Origin: the human T2T-CHM13v2.0 reference genome, Homo sapiens | Assembly: GCF_009914755.1 (NCBI RefSeq) | Contig: NC_060925.1 | Direction: 5' to 3' (one strand) | DNA length: 64,000 bases | Shown here: one piece after another, positions 1 through 14,087 of the stretch | Layout of the letters: every line of letters begins with the position of its first letter | Numbering within the stretch: position 1 is the first letter of the stretch | Notes under the pieces: model-generated | Databases searched by the model: none | What the model was told of the DNA's origin: nothing | Seen by the model: the letters and a program-made list of their open reading frames with translations, nothing else | Translations under genes and position numbers: made by a program

Positions 1-154
1 GCTTAAATTAAAAAGAAGAAAGATCTCAAACCCATGGTAAAGGGAAGCTTACAGCTGCAGATGCTTAAATTAAAAAGAAGAAAGATCTCAAAGCCATGCT
101 AAAGGGAAGCTTATAGTTGCAGGTGCTTAAATTAAAAAGAAGAAAGATCTCAAA
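1..154 (+). repeat. 62-bp tandem repeat (~2.5 copies visible, runs off the window edge) derived from L1 ORF2 sequence
   Basis: GCTTAAATTAAAAAGAAGAAAGATCTCAAA starts at 1, 63 and 125. The last copy continues directly into L1 (TCAAATCAATAACCTAA). Confidence 0.9.
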
Positions 155-1186
155 TCAATAACCTAATATTACACCTAAAGGGAAAAAAAAAAAAAAAAAA
201 CTAATGACAAACCAAGCAAAAGGAAGAAAGTAACAGATTAGAATAGAGATAAGCAGAATAAGATCAGAAAAAAAGGAAAAAAAAAAACACTGAGTTTGCT
301 TTTTAAAGATCAATAAAAATTTTAAAACTCACAGCTATATTAAGAAAAAAGAGAAATCTCAAATACTAAAATCATAAATAAAAGAGGTGACAGTACAACA
401 GATTCCACAGAAATGAAAAAGATTACAAGAGACTAATGTGAGCAACCATATGCCACAAAACTGGGCAACCTAGAATAAATTTATAAATTCCTAGATACAC
501 AAACCACCATACTGCATCATGGAGAAATAAAAAATCCAAAGAGACCTGTAACTAGTAAGAAGATTCAACCAGTAATCAAAAACCCCCCAAAAAAGAAAAT
601 TCCAGGTCCAGATAACTTCACTGGAGAATTTTACCAAACATTTCAAGAAGAATTAATGCCAGTCCTTTGCAAAATATTCCAAAAATGTACAAAAACCAGA
701 AGGGGACATTCCAATCCATTCTATCAGGTCAACATTTACCTGGTTCCAGAACCAGATGAACACCTTTTGTAATAAAAACACTCAAAGAATTAGTAATATA
801 TGGAAACTCCTCAGTAAATAAAGATTATACATGAAAAGCTCACAGCTAACATCATACTGAATGGTGAAAAACTAAAATCTTTTCCTCTAGGATCAGGAAT
901 AAGATAGCAACATCTCTTCCTGCCACTTCTATTCACAACAGTACTGGAATTTCTACTCAGAATAATTAGACAAGAGAAAGTAATAAAAAGCATGCAAATT
1001 GGAAAGGAAAAAGGACAAAATTTTGTTCACAGACAACATGATGTAATGTGTAAAAATCCTGAAATTCCACAAAATACTGGTAGAATAATGAAATTCAACA
1101 AAGTTTCAGGATACAGTAACACACACAAGTCAGTTGCATTTCTATAAACTAACAATGAACAATCTGCAAATAAAATTTTAAAAAGA

Positions 1187-1961
<775 letters not shown>

Positions 1962-2688
1962 CTACAAAACACTGTTAAAAGAAATTAAACACAAATAAAT
2001 GAAAAGAAAAGCTGGGTTTGCAGATTAGATGATTTCATCTTGGAATGATGTCAACACTACTCGAAGTGACCTAGATTCAATACAATCCTTATAAAGATTC
2101 CAATGACATTTTTGATAAACAGAAAAACCTATCCTAAAACTCATATGGAATCTCCAGGGCCCATGAATAGGCAAATCAATCTTGAAACAGGACAAAATTA
2201 AAGGTCTCTAAGCAATTACAAAACTGCAATAAGCCAAAAAAAAATGTGGTAATGGCATAAAGACACTCTTGACACACTTATGGACCAACACAACAGAGAC
2301 CTCAGAAACCAACCCTGGCATATATGGTCCGATGATATTCCACAAGGAAGCCAAGACCACTCAATGGCAAAGCACAGTTTCTTCAACAAATGGTGTTGGG
2401 AAAATTGTATAACTACATGCAAAACAATGAAGTTGGACTCTTACCTTACACGACGTTAAAATCAATTCAAAGTGAATTATAAACCTAAATGTAAAACTAG
2501 AACTATCAAACTCCTAGGGAAAACAAATTTGGAAAATGCTTTATGACGATGAATTTGTCAATAATTTTTAGGATATGACATTAAAAGCTCAGGCAGTAAA
2601 AGCAAAAATATATCAAACCTAAAAACTTCTGTACCTCAAAGGTCACAACCAACAGGGTAAAAGGCAAACTGCAAAATTAAAAAAAATA

Positions 2689-2901
2689 CCAGTTGAGTGT
2701 CCCTTATTTGAAATGCTTGGGATATGTTTCAGATTTTGTAATATTTGCATTATTCTTACTGGTTGAGGATCTCAAATTCAAACACCTGAGTCTGAGATGC
2801 TCCAATAAGCATTTCCTTTGAATGTCATGTTGGCACTCAAAAAGTTTCAGACTTTGGAGCATTTGGGATTTCAGATTTTTGGATCAGAGACATTCAACCT
2901 A
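2689..2901 (+). mobile_element. Tigger4a/MER46-type DNA transposon (MITE)
   Basis: Inverted termini CCAGTTGAGTGTCCC...CATTCAACCTA, flanked by TA; interior matches recalled Tigger4a. Confidence 0.8.
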
Positions 2902-3477
2902 TAGTTGCTCATCATGTATCTCATAAGAAGTGAACATTCAGAATACGTAAAGAACTCCTACAGAGAGACTACCAGAAGCAGAGAGGAGCAAACACATTTT
3001 CACACTAGGGAACCTCCTATCTCTCCTGGATTCCAATTAGGGCAGAATAAGTGCTAGTTCTCTGCCAACCCAGGATTAGGCCCTGCAGCTGCAGTGAAAA
3101 TAATCACAGAAGAAAACTAAGAAATAAAAAATGGAGAAAGTGAGACATCAAACTAGAATTACTAGAAACCCCCAGGAAAAAGGAAAAAAAATCCAAGAAA
3201 ACAGAAAAACAATCAAACCAGATAATTAAACCTTGGTGTGACCAGAAGATCAGGGTTTCCTAAAGGAGTGGAAATTTATTGACTTGAAGACGATTTATTG
3301 ATTACTGATTTGAAGAGGAATAAAACCATGACTGGTCTAAAGCAAAAGCCTAGTGTCTGAAGAAGTCAGTAGGGTGAAAACAAGAGCTGGCCAGAATGTC
3401 CACAGATGGTGACAGGTTTGCAAAGCCTTTACTAGACTACTTGTGAAGCTAACTAGAGGCCAAGAAGCCAACACTGA

Positions 3478-3633
<156 letters not shown>

Positions 3634-4416
3634 TAGGCTTTCCACACACGAGCTACATGTAGGTTCTTTGGGTACCCAGATGGGAGCCGTGAAACATAAA
3701 CCCTCCATGGTCAAGTGCGTATCTGTTTCCTGCCTTTTTCCCAGCAATCCCCAGGCCTCAGCAGCAGTGGTCTACCTCTGCTGATTCTCATTCAGAATCT
3801 AAACTTAGAAACAATTAGAATCCAGACCCCAATTCTACCTGAAAGTAACAGAATAACATAATCTATACCCTGCAGCATGACTGTTTGCCCAACGTAATGA
3901 GGATGAACTGAGAGATAATGAATGATCATGACCCTGGCCCAAGTAACAAGAATGAACTGTGAGATAAATGAATGATCATGACCAAAAAACCCCGCTACAA
4001 CACAACAAAATAAAGTGATTAAAAAATGGACAAAGAGCATTCATCCAAAGATGCAAACATGATATACAAATAGCCAACAGATACATGAGATATATGAGAA
4101 GATGTGTAACATCACTAATCATTAGAGAAATGCAAATAGAAACCACAATGGGACATCACTTCAAACCCAAAAGAAAGTAACAAGTGCAGGTGAAACTGAA
4201 ACACTTGAACACTGTTGGTGGAAATATGAACTGGCTCCTCAAAAAAATAAAATAAAATGACCATATGATCCAGCCATCCAACTTCTACAGAGACAGAATA
4301 ACTAGTAGCAGGAACTCAAACAGATATGTGCACACCTATGTTCACAGGAGCATTACACAGCCACTAGGTGGAAGAAACCAAAACGTCCATCCAGGAATAG
4401 ATGGATAAACAAAAGG

Positions 4417-4447
<31 letters not shown>

Positions 4448-4802
4448 AAATATATATATATGAAGAAATATTATTCAGCCATAGAAAGGAAGAAAATCCT
4501 GACACATCTGCACATAACATGGAACCTACTTAAAAAACAAATATTATATAACCCTAGGTATATAAGCCAAATTTTTAGGAACACAAAGTAGAATAGTACT
4601 TGCCAGGAGGTGGAAGGAAGGGGAAATTAATAGTTGTTGAATGGGTATAGAGTTTTCCAAGATAAAAAAAAATCTAGAAATCTGCTGCACAACAATGTAA
4701 ATATTCTTAACTCTACAAAACTGTATACTTACAACTGGTTATGATGGTAAATTTTAAGGTAAGTGTTTGTTACCAAAATTCGAAATTATAAATTATTTAT
4801 AA

Positions 4803-5102
<300 letters not shown>

Positions 5103-5211
5103 TATAAAAAAATTTCAAAAAGCCAAAAGATTAATCAAACTGGAATATTTAGAAATATTTAACCCAAAAGTAGATAGGAAAGAATATATAGAATATCAAA
5201 AGACAGACGAA

Positions 5212-5500
5212 GGCCAGGCATGGTGGCTCATGCCTGTAATCTGAACACTTTGGGAGGCCAAGGTGGGTAGATTGCTTGAGCTCAGGAGTTCAAGACCAGC
5301 CTGTGCAACATGGCAAAACCCTATCTCTACAAAAAATATAAAAATTAGCCAGGTGTGGTGCCATGCACCTGTAGTCCCAGCTACTCAGGGGGCTCAAGTG
5401 AGGATTGGTTGGGCCTGGGAGGCAGAGGTTGCAGTGAGCCAAGATTGCACCATTGCACTACAGTCTGGGTGACAGAGCAAGAACCTTCTTAAAAAAAAAA
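5212..5500 (+). mobile_element. AluJ within old L1 fragments (~5105-6320)
   Basis: Alu dimer, J-type TTGCTTGAGCTCAGGAG. Confidence 0.9.
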
Positions 5501-6324
5501 TAAACAAACAAATAGAAAATATCTAGAAAAATGGTAGACCTAAATCCAACCTTAGCAATGATTAGTTACAATGTAACTGGACAAATACTCTACTTAAGAC
5601 AGAGACTGCCAGACCTGAGAGGAAGGCAAGACCCAACAATATGGCATCCACAGAGACACAATTTAAACACAAAGACACAAAGTATGAGAAAAAATATGCT
5701 ATGCAGACACTAAACATAAAAATATGCTATCCAGACACTAATCATAAAAAGCTTCAACAGAGATGTTAACACTAGATGAAAGAGGCTTCAGAACAAAATA
5801 TATCACCAGAAATAAACAGGGTAATTTAATAAAAATAAAAGAATCAGAGAGGATGATGTTACAATTATAAATTGTGCCTCAAAGTGCACACAAACTACAC
5901 ACACACACACAGAGCCTCAAAGTATGTGAATCAAAAACAACAAAACAAAAGCAGGAAATTGACAATCCAAAATTATAGCTGGTGAATTAATACTGCTCTC
6001 TCAGTAACTGATGGAACAACCAGATAAAAATATAGGAAAATACGGATCTAAATGACAAAATCCTGGCCCAAATGGTACTTGGCAGTGCCAAGATAAACTG
6101 TATGTCAATTGATTGAGAAAAGGTTCAAGCCTGAAATAGTATACAAAGTATGTTGTCTGAACACTTGAAATTAAATTAGAAACCAACAACAAATTGATAT
6201 CCAGAAAAGCCTCAAATGTCTAAAAACCAAGTAATAAACTTTGAAATACCCTGTGAGTCAAAAAAGTATTCACAAGGGGAACTGGAATGTATTTGGAATA
6301 AACTTGTTATAAAAATCTCATTTC

Positions 6325-8410
6325 TGGTAGACTAAAGGTGACAAATTCTTTCCTGCTCCTCTCTCTGTGAGAACCAATTCCCCTTAAACCTTGACCAGAC
6401 TACTGACTTATTTGGCCAACAGAAGGTGACAAAGGGGGTATTTGGGGACTTCAGAAGCCAGGCTGAGAAAACAGAACACTTATCCAGGAGAAAGCCAGTC
6501 ACTGGGCAGGAAATCCCACTCCCCTGAGACCTCATGATGGAAACCACAAGGCCAGTCCATGACTAGCTACACGCATTGACATCCCCCACTGAGCCTCCAG
6601 CAACACCGACTCCCAACAACTGGTGAGCCTTCAGCAACATCCACTCCCAACCACTAGTGAGCCACCCTGCACACCACCCCACTGTGCTTTCACACAATCC
6701 AACTTGGCTGCAACTGTGTGTGAGATGAGCTGACCACCAAGACTCTCTAAGCCAAAAAACAAGTAATAATGAGTTGTTTTACTTCAGAATAGATAACTGG
6801 AACAGAATATGGCAGCTGGAAATGAGCTGCTGTGGTAATCAGAAGCTACAATATGTGACACGACTGTGAGGCTGACCTGTAACTGGGCCTCAAGGAGACC
6901 ATTCATGCAACCTGGAAGGGCATCAAGACTCTTGGTCAGGGCCTGAAGGACGGTGAGAAAATGTCATTGGAAACTGGAGAAAAGGCCTGAGAGTTACGTG
7001 CTGAGGGACTGTGGGAAAACTATGGCCACAACATGGAAACTGAAAGGGCACTGCACCATCTCAGGGATCTGCCTAAGGAGACATCTGGGAAGAACATGGA
7101 AAGTGCTACCAGCCTCCCCTAACTGTCACTGAATAAATATGACAGGAGAGGGACATGATCTAAAGAAGAAGGTTCAGCTTTCAAACAGAATTTAGAGAAA
7201 ATATAAAGAAATAATTTCTTGTCTCAAAAGGCCAAAGTAAAAAAAAAAGAAAAGAAAAGAAAAAAAAAAAAAAATGAAAAAGAAGCCATTGAATACCCTA
7301 TTGACCCTAAGAAAAAGGCAGGGAAAGTTGGTCAACGGCAACCCAGGCACCGAAGCAAAAAGAACATGGAGAATGACAAAAGCCCAGAGGGAGGAGTAAA
7401 AGGACACAAACACCATTCTCAGGGACCAGGACTGGGTGCCGTTCTCAGGGACCAGGACTGGGCACTAATCACAGAACTGTAACAGGCCCCCCATGGGAAT
7501 GACCAACTCTTAGACGAGGCCTGCAGGGCAGCACTTCCTTCTTGCCTCCCACCAAAGCTTCTAAAGGGAAATGTCGACTGTTTTCACAGCAGTCCCCTCA
7601 CTGCGGCTGAGTTTGTGGGCTCAGATGATAGCTCACAACAACCTGATTCAGTCCCCACTGTGGCTGAGAGTGGGGGGTCAGATGACAGGCCACCACAACC
7701 TGATTCAGTCCTCACTGTGGCTGTGTGTGGGGAGGCAGATGACAGGCCACCACAACCTGCTTCAGTCCTCACTGCTGCTGAGTGTGTGTGGGTGCAGATG
7801 ACAAGCCACCACAACCTGATTCAGGATTCAGTTGGGCTACTAGCCAGTGCCATAAGGAAAACCATTCTGGGGCTCTTGAGAGGGGCAAAGCATAATTTGC
7901 ATGTGGGAGAAACGTTAATAGTTTGTGGCCAGAAGACACGCTGTGGTTTATTAAAGACTGCTGCAGGTTCCTACTATGCTTCTCATCAAGAGGTGGAATC
8001 TAATCATCGTCCCCCCTTGAATCATGGCTTGTCTCAGTGATGAGTACGACTGGACAGTGTGGCAGGAGAGATGCTCTGGGACTTCTGAGGGGCAATCATG
8101 AGAGGCCTTACAGCTTCTGCCTGGGCCTCTTGGACACACACCCTGGGAGAAGCCAGACAAACCTGACTACCTGATGCTGCCAGACTGGGAGGAAGTCCGT
8201 GCTGGCCACAAAGAGAGGGCTGGGTGCCTGCTCCATGTCCCCAGCCACTAGAGTCCTTCCAGATGAGACCAGGGACATCATGAAGCAACCAACCAACACA
8301 GCCCTGTCCAGTGTCTTGACCCAGAAAATTGTGACATGTAAAAAGAATAAATTCCTGGTTTAAGCCAGTAAGGTTACGGGTACATTGTTATATCTCAGAT
8401 AATTAAAACC
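6325..8410 (+). mobile_element. ERVL-MaLR MLT1 element (LTR ~6325-6805, internal, LTR ~7942-8410)
   Basis: Two degenerate MLT1-type LTRs ending AGATAACTGGAACA / TTTAAGCCAGTAAG...AGATAATTAAAAC, with MaLR-like internal sequence between them. Confidence 0.6.
7590..7824 (+). repeat. 57-59-bp minisatellite, 4 copies
   Basis: Unit ~CAGTCCTCACTGTGGCTGAGTGTGGGGGGNCAGATGACAGGCCACCACAACCTGATT starts at 7590, 7649, 7706 and 7763. Confidence 0.95.
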
Positions 8411-9135
8411 TTGAAAAACTCATGAGAGATCACAAGTAGAACCTTGATCTGAAACATGGCATGTGGCGATTTATATTGAGTATTAGGTTAAAAATGCAAG
8501 AATGGAGCATAGTTAATATTTTACATTAAAGCTAAAACCATAATTGCCTACTTAAAATTTTCAGTTAATTAGGTTGTCACTTTTTGTTCTTAACCAAGTA
8601 ATCAACTAGTTTTAGTCCATAAACAGTTAGAACTGATGCACACATCCGTTTTTCCTTACTCATTTTAAACAGCTATCTGAAATAGGAAGTGTAATATAAT
8701 CTTTAAAGAATCTGAAAACATGACAGAAATGTTTAAACTATAAACATATATTGTATATGTTAGCATATTGTATACATTGCATATTAACATTAAGCTAGAA
8801 TCATTGACATAAATTTATATAAACAAAAGGTATAAAATATGACAATGTTCTTCTTGTTTTTTGTCTTTGCATATTTCTTTATTGGCCCTTGTCAAATGTG
8901 ACCCACTAACTCCTGAATGCTTTGTCTCTCCCCATGGATTCCTAAGGATGTCACCACAGTGTTGGCCAGATACACAGGTCACAGGGGACTGAACCTCATC
9001 ACCCCACAAACATACCATTCAGGTTTTGCCAAGAATGACACTGTAAATGTAACAAAGCTTCTGTGCTTGTTAGTGAACACCAACTCAGCTCCTCTCCTGT
9101 ATTCAGAAATCAGGATGAGATGAAAACAACAAGCA

Positions 9136-9437
9136 GGCCAGGCACGGTGGCTCATGCCTGTAATCCCAGCACTTTGGGAGGCCGAGGCGGGTGGATCACT
9201 TCAGGTCGGGAGCTCGAGACCACCCTGATCAAAACAGAGAAACCCCATCTCTACTGAAAATACAAAATTAGCCAGGCGTGGTGGCAAATGCCTGTAATAC
9301 CAGCTACTCAGGAACTGAGGCAGGAGAATTGCTTGAACCCGGGAGGTGGAGGCTGCAGTGAGCCGGGATCACACCACTGCGCTCTAGCCTGGGCAACAAG
9401 AACGAAACTCTGTCTCAAAAGAAAAAAAATTAAAAAT
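9136..9437 (+). mobile_element. AluSp/Sq-type
   Basis: Alu dimer; TSD AAAACAACAAGCA (9123-9135) / AAAAGAACAAGGA (9438-9450). Confidence 0.95.
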
Positions 9438-9840
9438 AAAAGAACAAGGAAACAAAAGTAACAAGGCTTGACACCAGATGAGCCTGAATCTAAGCAAGAA
9501 AAGCCCAGAAGAAATCCCATTTTGGGTCACTGGCTGCATGGTAGTAATACCATACACATAAGGGAAGAGAGGAGGATGTGGCTTTCACTTTGAATTTTTT
9601 GAGCTTAAGGTAACTTTTGCGTAGCTACAAAGAAGCATTCAACAGAGAGTTAAACCTATGATGGAAAGACTGAAGGGGTCCAAGCTGTAGAGAAACAGGA
9701 CTGCAAACCACAAAGGGCAGAATCAGTCAAGGAGAGCTGCAGGGCGGGATGAACAGGGACCAATGGAACATTTGGACAAGCTGTTGAGAAGAAAGGAAAA
9801 TTCAGAGAAAAAGAACTGTCAGTGAGGTCATAATAGGAAC

Positions 9841-10317
9841 TGTTACAGTGAACTAAATATGGCCTGGGAAGGACTCTGTACTTCTAGATTTGAGTCCCTG
9901 TGGACAAACTGCAACCTAACTTAATAGGTAGAAAGACTGATAACCTAACTTTGGAGTATGCACCTGTAACTATAGCTGAGTCCTGGCCAATCCCAACAGC
10001 CAAACTTCTGCCACTCACACACTGCTGAGTGTTCAGCTGTGTTCAAATAAGGCAAATGCTGAGCACTGTAACCAGTCCAGTTGTTTCTGGACCTCACTGC
10101 TGAGAACGGTAAGGGACCCAGTTGCTTCTGGACCTCACTCCTCACTTCAGATTTCTGTACATCACGTTCCCTTTATTGTCTATAAATCTTCCACCATGTA
10201 GCTGTGCTGGAGTCTCACCAAATCTGCTGTGATTCTGGGGGCTGCCTGATTCGTGAATCATTCATTGCTCAATTAAGTTTCTTTAAATTTAATTCAGCTG
10301 AAGATTTTCTTTTAATA
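9841..10317 (+). mobile_element. MER57-type 5' LTR
   Basis: TGTTACAGTGAACTAAATATGGCCTG...TTTTAATA; TATAAA at ~10181; internal ~41-bp duplication at ~10077-10140. Confidence 0.9.
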
Positions 10318-10319
10318 GA

Positions 10320-10337
10320 TGGTGTCAGAAGTGGGAT
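10320..10337 (+). promoter_or_regulatory. Primer-binding site, tRNA-Leu
   Basis: TGGTGTCAGAAGTGGGAT is the reverse complement of the 3' 18 nt of tRNA-Leu(CAA) (ATCCCACTTCTGACACCA) and lies 2 nt after the LTR. Confidence 0.85.
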
Positions 10338-10457
10338 CTGTGGGAGCAGGACTGCTAGGGCCTCCGGAGCTATAGTGTGGTGAGCAGTGTTGCTAGGGCT
10401 TCTAATGACCCCCAGGAGTGCTGAGGTACAAGAAAGGCACCTGCAAGGACCGCTCTA

Positions 10458-11719
10458 TGATGGCAGCAGTGGCCCATGTGGAGCAGTTGCTACGGAGACA
10501 CTGGCTGCAGTGGGGAGGAGTGGCTGGGGCTGTGCACTCCTCAAAGTTAGTGGGAGCCAGGAACGGGTGGGAGACCCAGCCCTTCTAAATTGGCAAGCAG
10601 GAGCCCCACCCTCCCAGGCACAGCTGCAGCCATCCACCCATGACAGCAAACCCAGGCATCTTTGCACTCTCAGAGGCCCAGCAAGCCCCCCTGCCCCTGC
10701 AGGTCCAGTCATACCTGCTCCTACCACCTGGCATCTCTCCGCTCCGAGAGCCCACTCCAACTTCGGATCCAAGTTGAGGTTGAACCCAGGCACAGTTGCA
10801 ACCCAGCCCAGTTTGTGCAAGCTCAGGGCAGTGCTGACATGCCAGCCCCCTGCCACCTCGGCCCTCTCCACACTTTGGGAACTGATGAGCACAGGAGGGA
10901 CATTGAAGTGAGGCTAAGAGTGGCTCAGCACTGGCCTGAAGGCACTCCTCTGCTCGAAAAGCCTGGGCACTGTGGGCATAGCTAACCACCATGCATCTCT
11001 CTCAGCTGCTGAGAGCTGAACAGACGTTGGGATGACCTGCCTGCAGAAAGGAGCTACCCACTGCACGTCTCCTCTGAGCTGTACTGTTGCTCAATAAAGC
11101 ACCTCTTCACCTTGCTCACCTTCTACTTGCCCACATACCTCATTCTTTCTGGACTCAGGACAAGAACTTGGGACCTGCCAACTAGCAGGGCTGAAAGAGA
11201 TGTAACATAAACAGGGCTGAAACGCACCCCTTGCTTGCCAAATTGCAGGCAAGAAGAAGAGAAGAGAGAAGGAGACAAGGGCTTTGGCCCTTCAGGGAGC
11301 CCAGACCTAGGAGCTCCCCAAGCCAGGGCTGTGACACCTTATTTGGGGCTCTGCAGTTCCTGCATCTCCAAGCTTCCAGGCACCACTGCATTCCCTGATA
11401 CCCACAGTGGAAGCTGTTTGCAGTCAGTCTGGTCCAGCTGCAGCCTCACAGGGAGCTGGCACCTGTGCCGGTACCTGGAGCTGCCCACCCCACTGCAGCT
11501 GGCATGCTTGGCTGTGTGCAGTGGCCAGATCCCATGCTCACATGCTCACACCCCCTTCACTGCTCTGTACCCAGCTCACCCTTGGCAGGTGTGGGATCCA
11601 GACCACTAGCATGAGCCGAGTGGACAGAACGAACACAGTGGGCCCGAGCAAAACACAGGTAAAGGTGCCACCAGCCAGAGGTTTCAGGCAGAAAAGTGAC
11701 GCCTCAGGATTCTGTAACA
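10458..11719 (+). mobile_element. MER52-type solo LTR inserted in the provirus leader
   Basis: TGATGGCAGCAGTGGCCC...GGATTCTGTAACA termini; GC-rich; AATAAA at ~11093. Homologous to the inverted fragment at 34536-35070. Confidence 0.75.
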
Positions 11720-12658
11720 CTTGTGCCCTTTGACCTCTCAGAGCATCTGGGGATCGTGGTAAATTCTCTCTCGGATTTCAGAGCTCCATGGATTTGTGTT
11801 TTGAGCTGAGTTTCTCTGAGCAAATTTCTGTTCCAAACTGCTATCCAGCCATGACTGGCTGGATGTTTTAGAAGTTATGACAGAAAAGGGACCGGGTCCA
11901 GGATCAGATTTGATCCAGTAGTTAACTGGCTTGAATCCAGTTCCAGTTAGAGGCCTCCTACATCTGAATCGGTCAGAAGGAAAGTGGTAGTAAATGATAA
12001 TATTGGAGGATTGTAAAATTTGGCTTTTGGAAATTCACGGGGATTTTTGTGTTCTGCCCCTTTGTTTCATTTTCCTCACATGTTTAGGTAGGAAAAAAAA
12101 TCATTGGCTAAGTCAATCAAGGGAACCTGGGAGTAAAGCCAATATATTAGGTAAAAATAGGATCCTTAATTTCTGGAAAACTAAGTTCTTCCTGGCTAAT
12201 TCATTAGGCCTGGGAAGCAGCAAAGTCTTACAGAAATGGCAAAATCTTACTAAAGATAACGTATAGTGGAACATTCCAAATGAATAATGCCCTGAAGTGC
12301 ATTTAAAAATGAGGGCTCCCAAATTAGTCTCATCTAGGGATGCCTATTAACATGCAGAAGCTTCTAAAAAGATTTAGAGATGGCACAGCCTATCTGGGAG
12401 CAAGTTTGAGTCTTACCAGTTTGACACTGGGTGCTAAGCAAAGTGGCTAGTGTCTATGTTTTGTCACATATATTTTGCTCTGAGCAGAATGAAAAATGTT
12501 AATTTGGTTACTCCAAGCAACCCCTTGGGCAGCATCTTGCAAAGCTGAGTGGATTCTTCCTGTGGCTCCATGATTTCCATTGTGATGCAGCTTGGCCCCC
12601 AGAGCTATAATGTGGTGAGAAGGGTGACAGAGCAAGACGCTATCTTTAAAAAAAAAAT

Positions 12659-12952
12659 GGCCTGCGGCAGTGGCTCATGGCTGTAATCCCAACACTTGGG
12701 GAGGCCGAGGCAGGTGGATCACATGAGGTCAGGAGTTCAAGGCCAGCCTGACCAACAAGGAAAAACCCGTCTGTACTAAAAACGCAAAATTAGCTGGACA
12801 TGGTGGGGCATGCCTCTAATCCCAGCTACTCAGGAGGCTGGGGCGGGAGAATCGCTTGAACCTGGGAGGCAGGGGGTTGCAGTAAACTGAGATCGCACCA
12901 TTGCATTCCAGCCTGGGCAACAAGAGGGAAAATCCATCTCAAAAAAGAAAAG
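12659..12952 (+). mobile_element. AluS
   Basis: Alu dimer with A-rich tail. Confidence 0.95.
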
Positions 12953-14087
12953 AATAATAGATTTGCCTATAAGGTTTTATGAAAAAGTGGGTGACATTTG
13001 GCTTTCTCTCTTTAAAGAAGATTTTCAGAAAATATTAAAAAATAATGGGAGGAGGAGCCAAGATGGCCGAATAGGAACAGCTCCGGTCTACAGCTCCCAG
13101 CATGAGCGATGCAGAAGATGGGTGATTTCTGCATTTCCGTTTGAGGTACTGGGTTCATCTCACTAGGGAGTGCCAGACAGTGGGTGCAGGACAGTGGGTG
13201 AAGTGCACTGTGCACTAGCCGAAGCAGGGCGAGGCATTGCCTCACTCGGGAAGCGCAAGGGGTCAGGGAGTTAGTTCCCTTTCCTGGTCAAGGAAAGGGG
13301 TGACAGATGGCACCTGGAAAATCGGGCAACTGCCACCCTAATACTGAGCTTTTCTGACGGGCTTAGGAAACGGCGCACCATGAGATTATATCCGGCACCT
13401 GGCTCGGAGGGTCCTACGCCCACGGAGTCTCGCTGATTGCTAACACAGCAGTCTGAGATCAAACTGCAAGGCAGCAGCGAGGCTGGGGGAGGGGAACCGG
13501 CCATTGCCCAGGCTCTCTTAGGTAAACAAAGCAGCCTGGAAGCTCGAACTGGGTGGAGCCCACCACAGCTCAAGGAGGCCTGCCTGCCTCTGTAGGCTCC
13601 ACCTCTGGGTGCAGGACACAGACAAACAAAAATACAGCAGTAACCTCTGCAGACTTAAATGTCCCTCTCTGACAGCTTTGAGGAGAGCAGTGGTTCTCCC
13701 AGCATGCAGCTGGAGATCTGAGAATGGGCAGACTGCCTCCTGAAGTGGGTCCCTGACCCCTGACCCCCGAGCAGCCTAACTGGGAGGCGCCCCCTAGCAG
13801 GGGCAGACTGACACCTCACACGACCAGGTACTCCTCTGAGACAAAATTTCCAGAGGAACGATCAGACAGCAGCATTCGCGGATCACGAAAATCCATGGTT
13901 TTGCAGACACCACTGCTGATACCCAGGCAAACAGGGTCGGGAATGGGCCTCTAGAAAACTCCAACAGACCTGAAGCTGAGGGTACTGTCTGTTAGAAGGA
14001 AAACTAACAAACAGAAAGGACATCCACACCAAAAACCCATGTGTACATCACCATCATCAAAGACCAAACGTAGATAAAACCACAAAG

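Noticed and set aside
3895-3985. C/D-box snoRNA (ATGA/CTGA-rich stretch)
   Set aside because: No proper RUGAUGA...CUGA arrangement with a terminal stem; a ~51-bp tandem duplication explains the pattern.
7219-7482. Lys-rich 87-aa ORF
   Set aside because: It is the translation of an A-rich tract inside the MaLR interior.
10320-10337. tRNA gene
   Set aside because: Only an 18-nt complement including CCA, which is a retroviral PBS; no cloverleaf.
10387-11733. Long GC-rich ORFs (174, 145, 135 and 124 aa)
   Set aside because: They lie in a MER52 LTR, are open on both strands and show no domain; this is a GC-content artefact.
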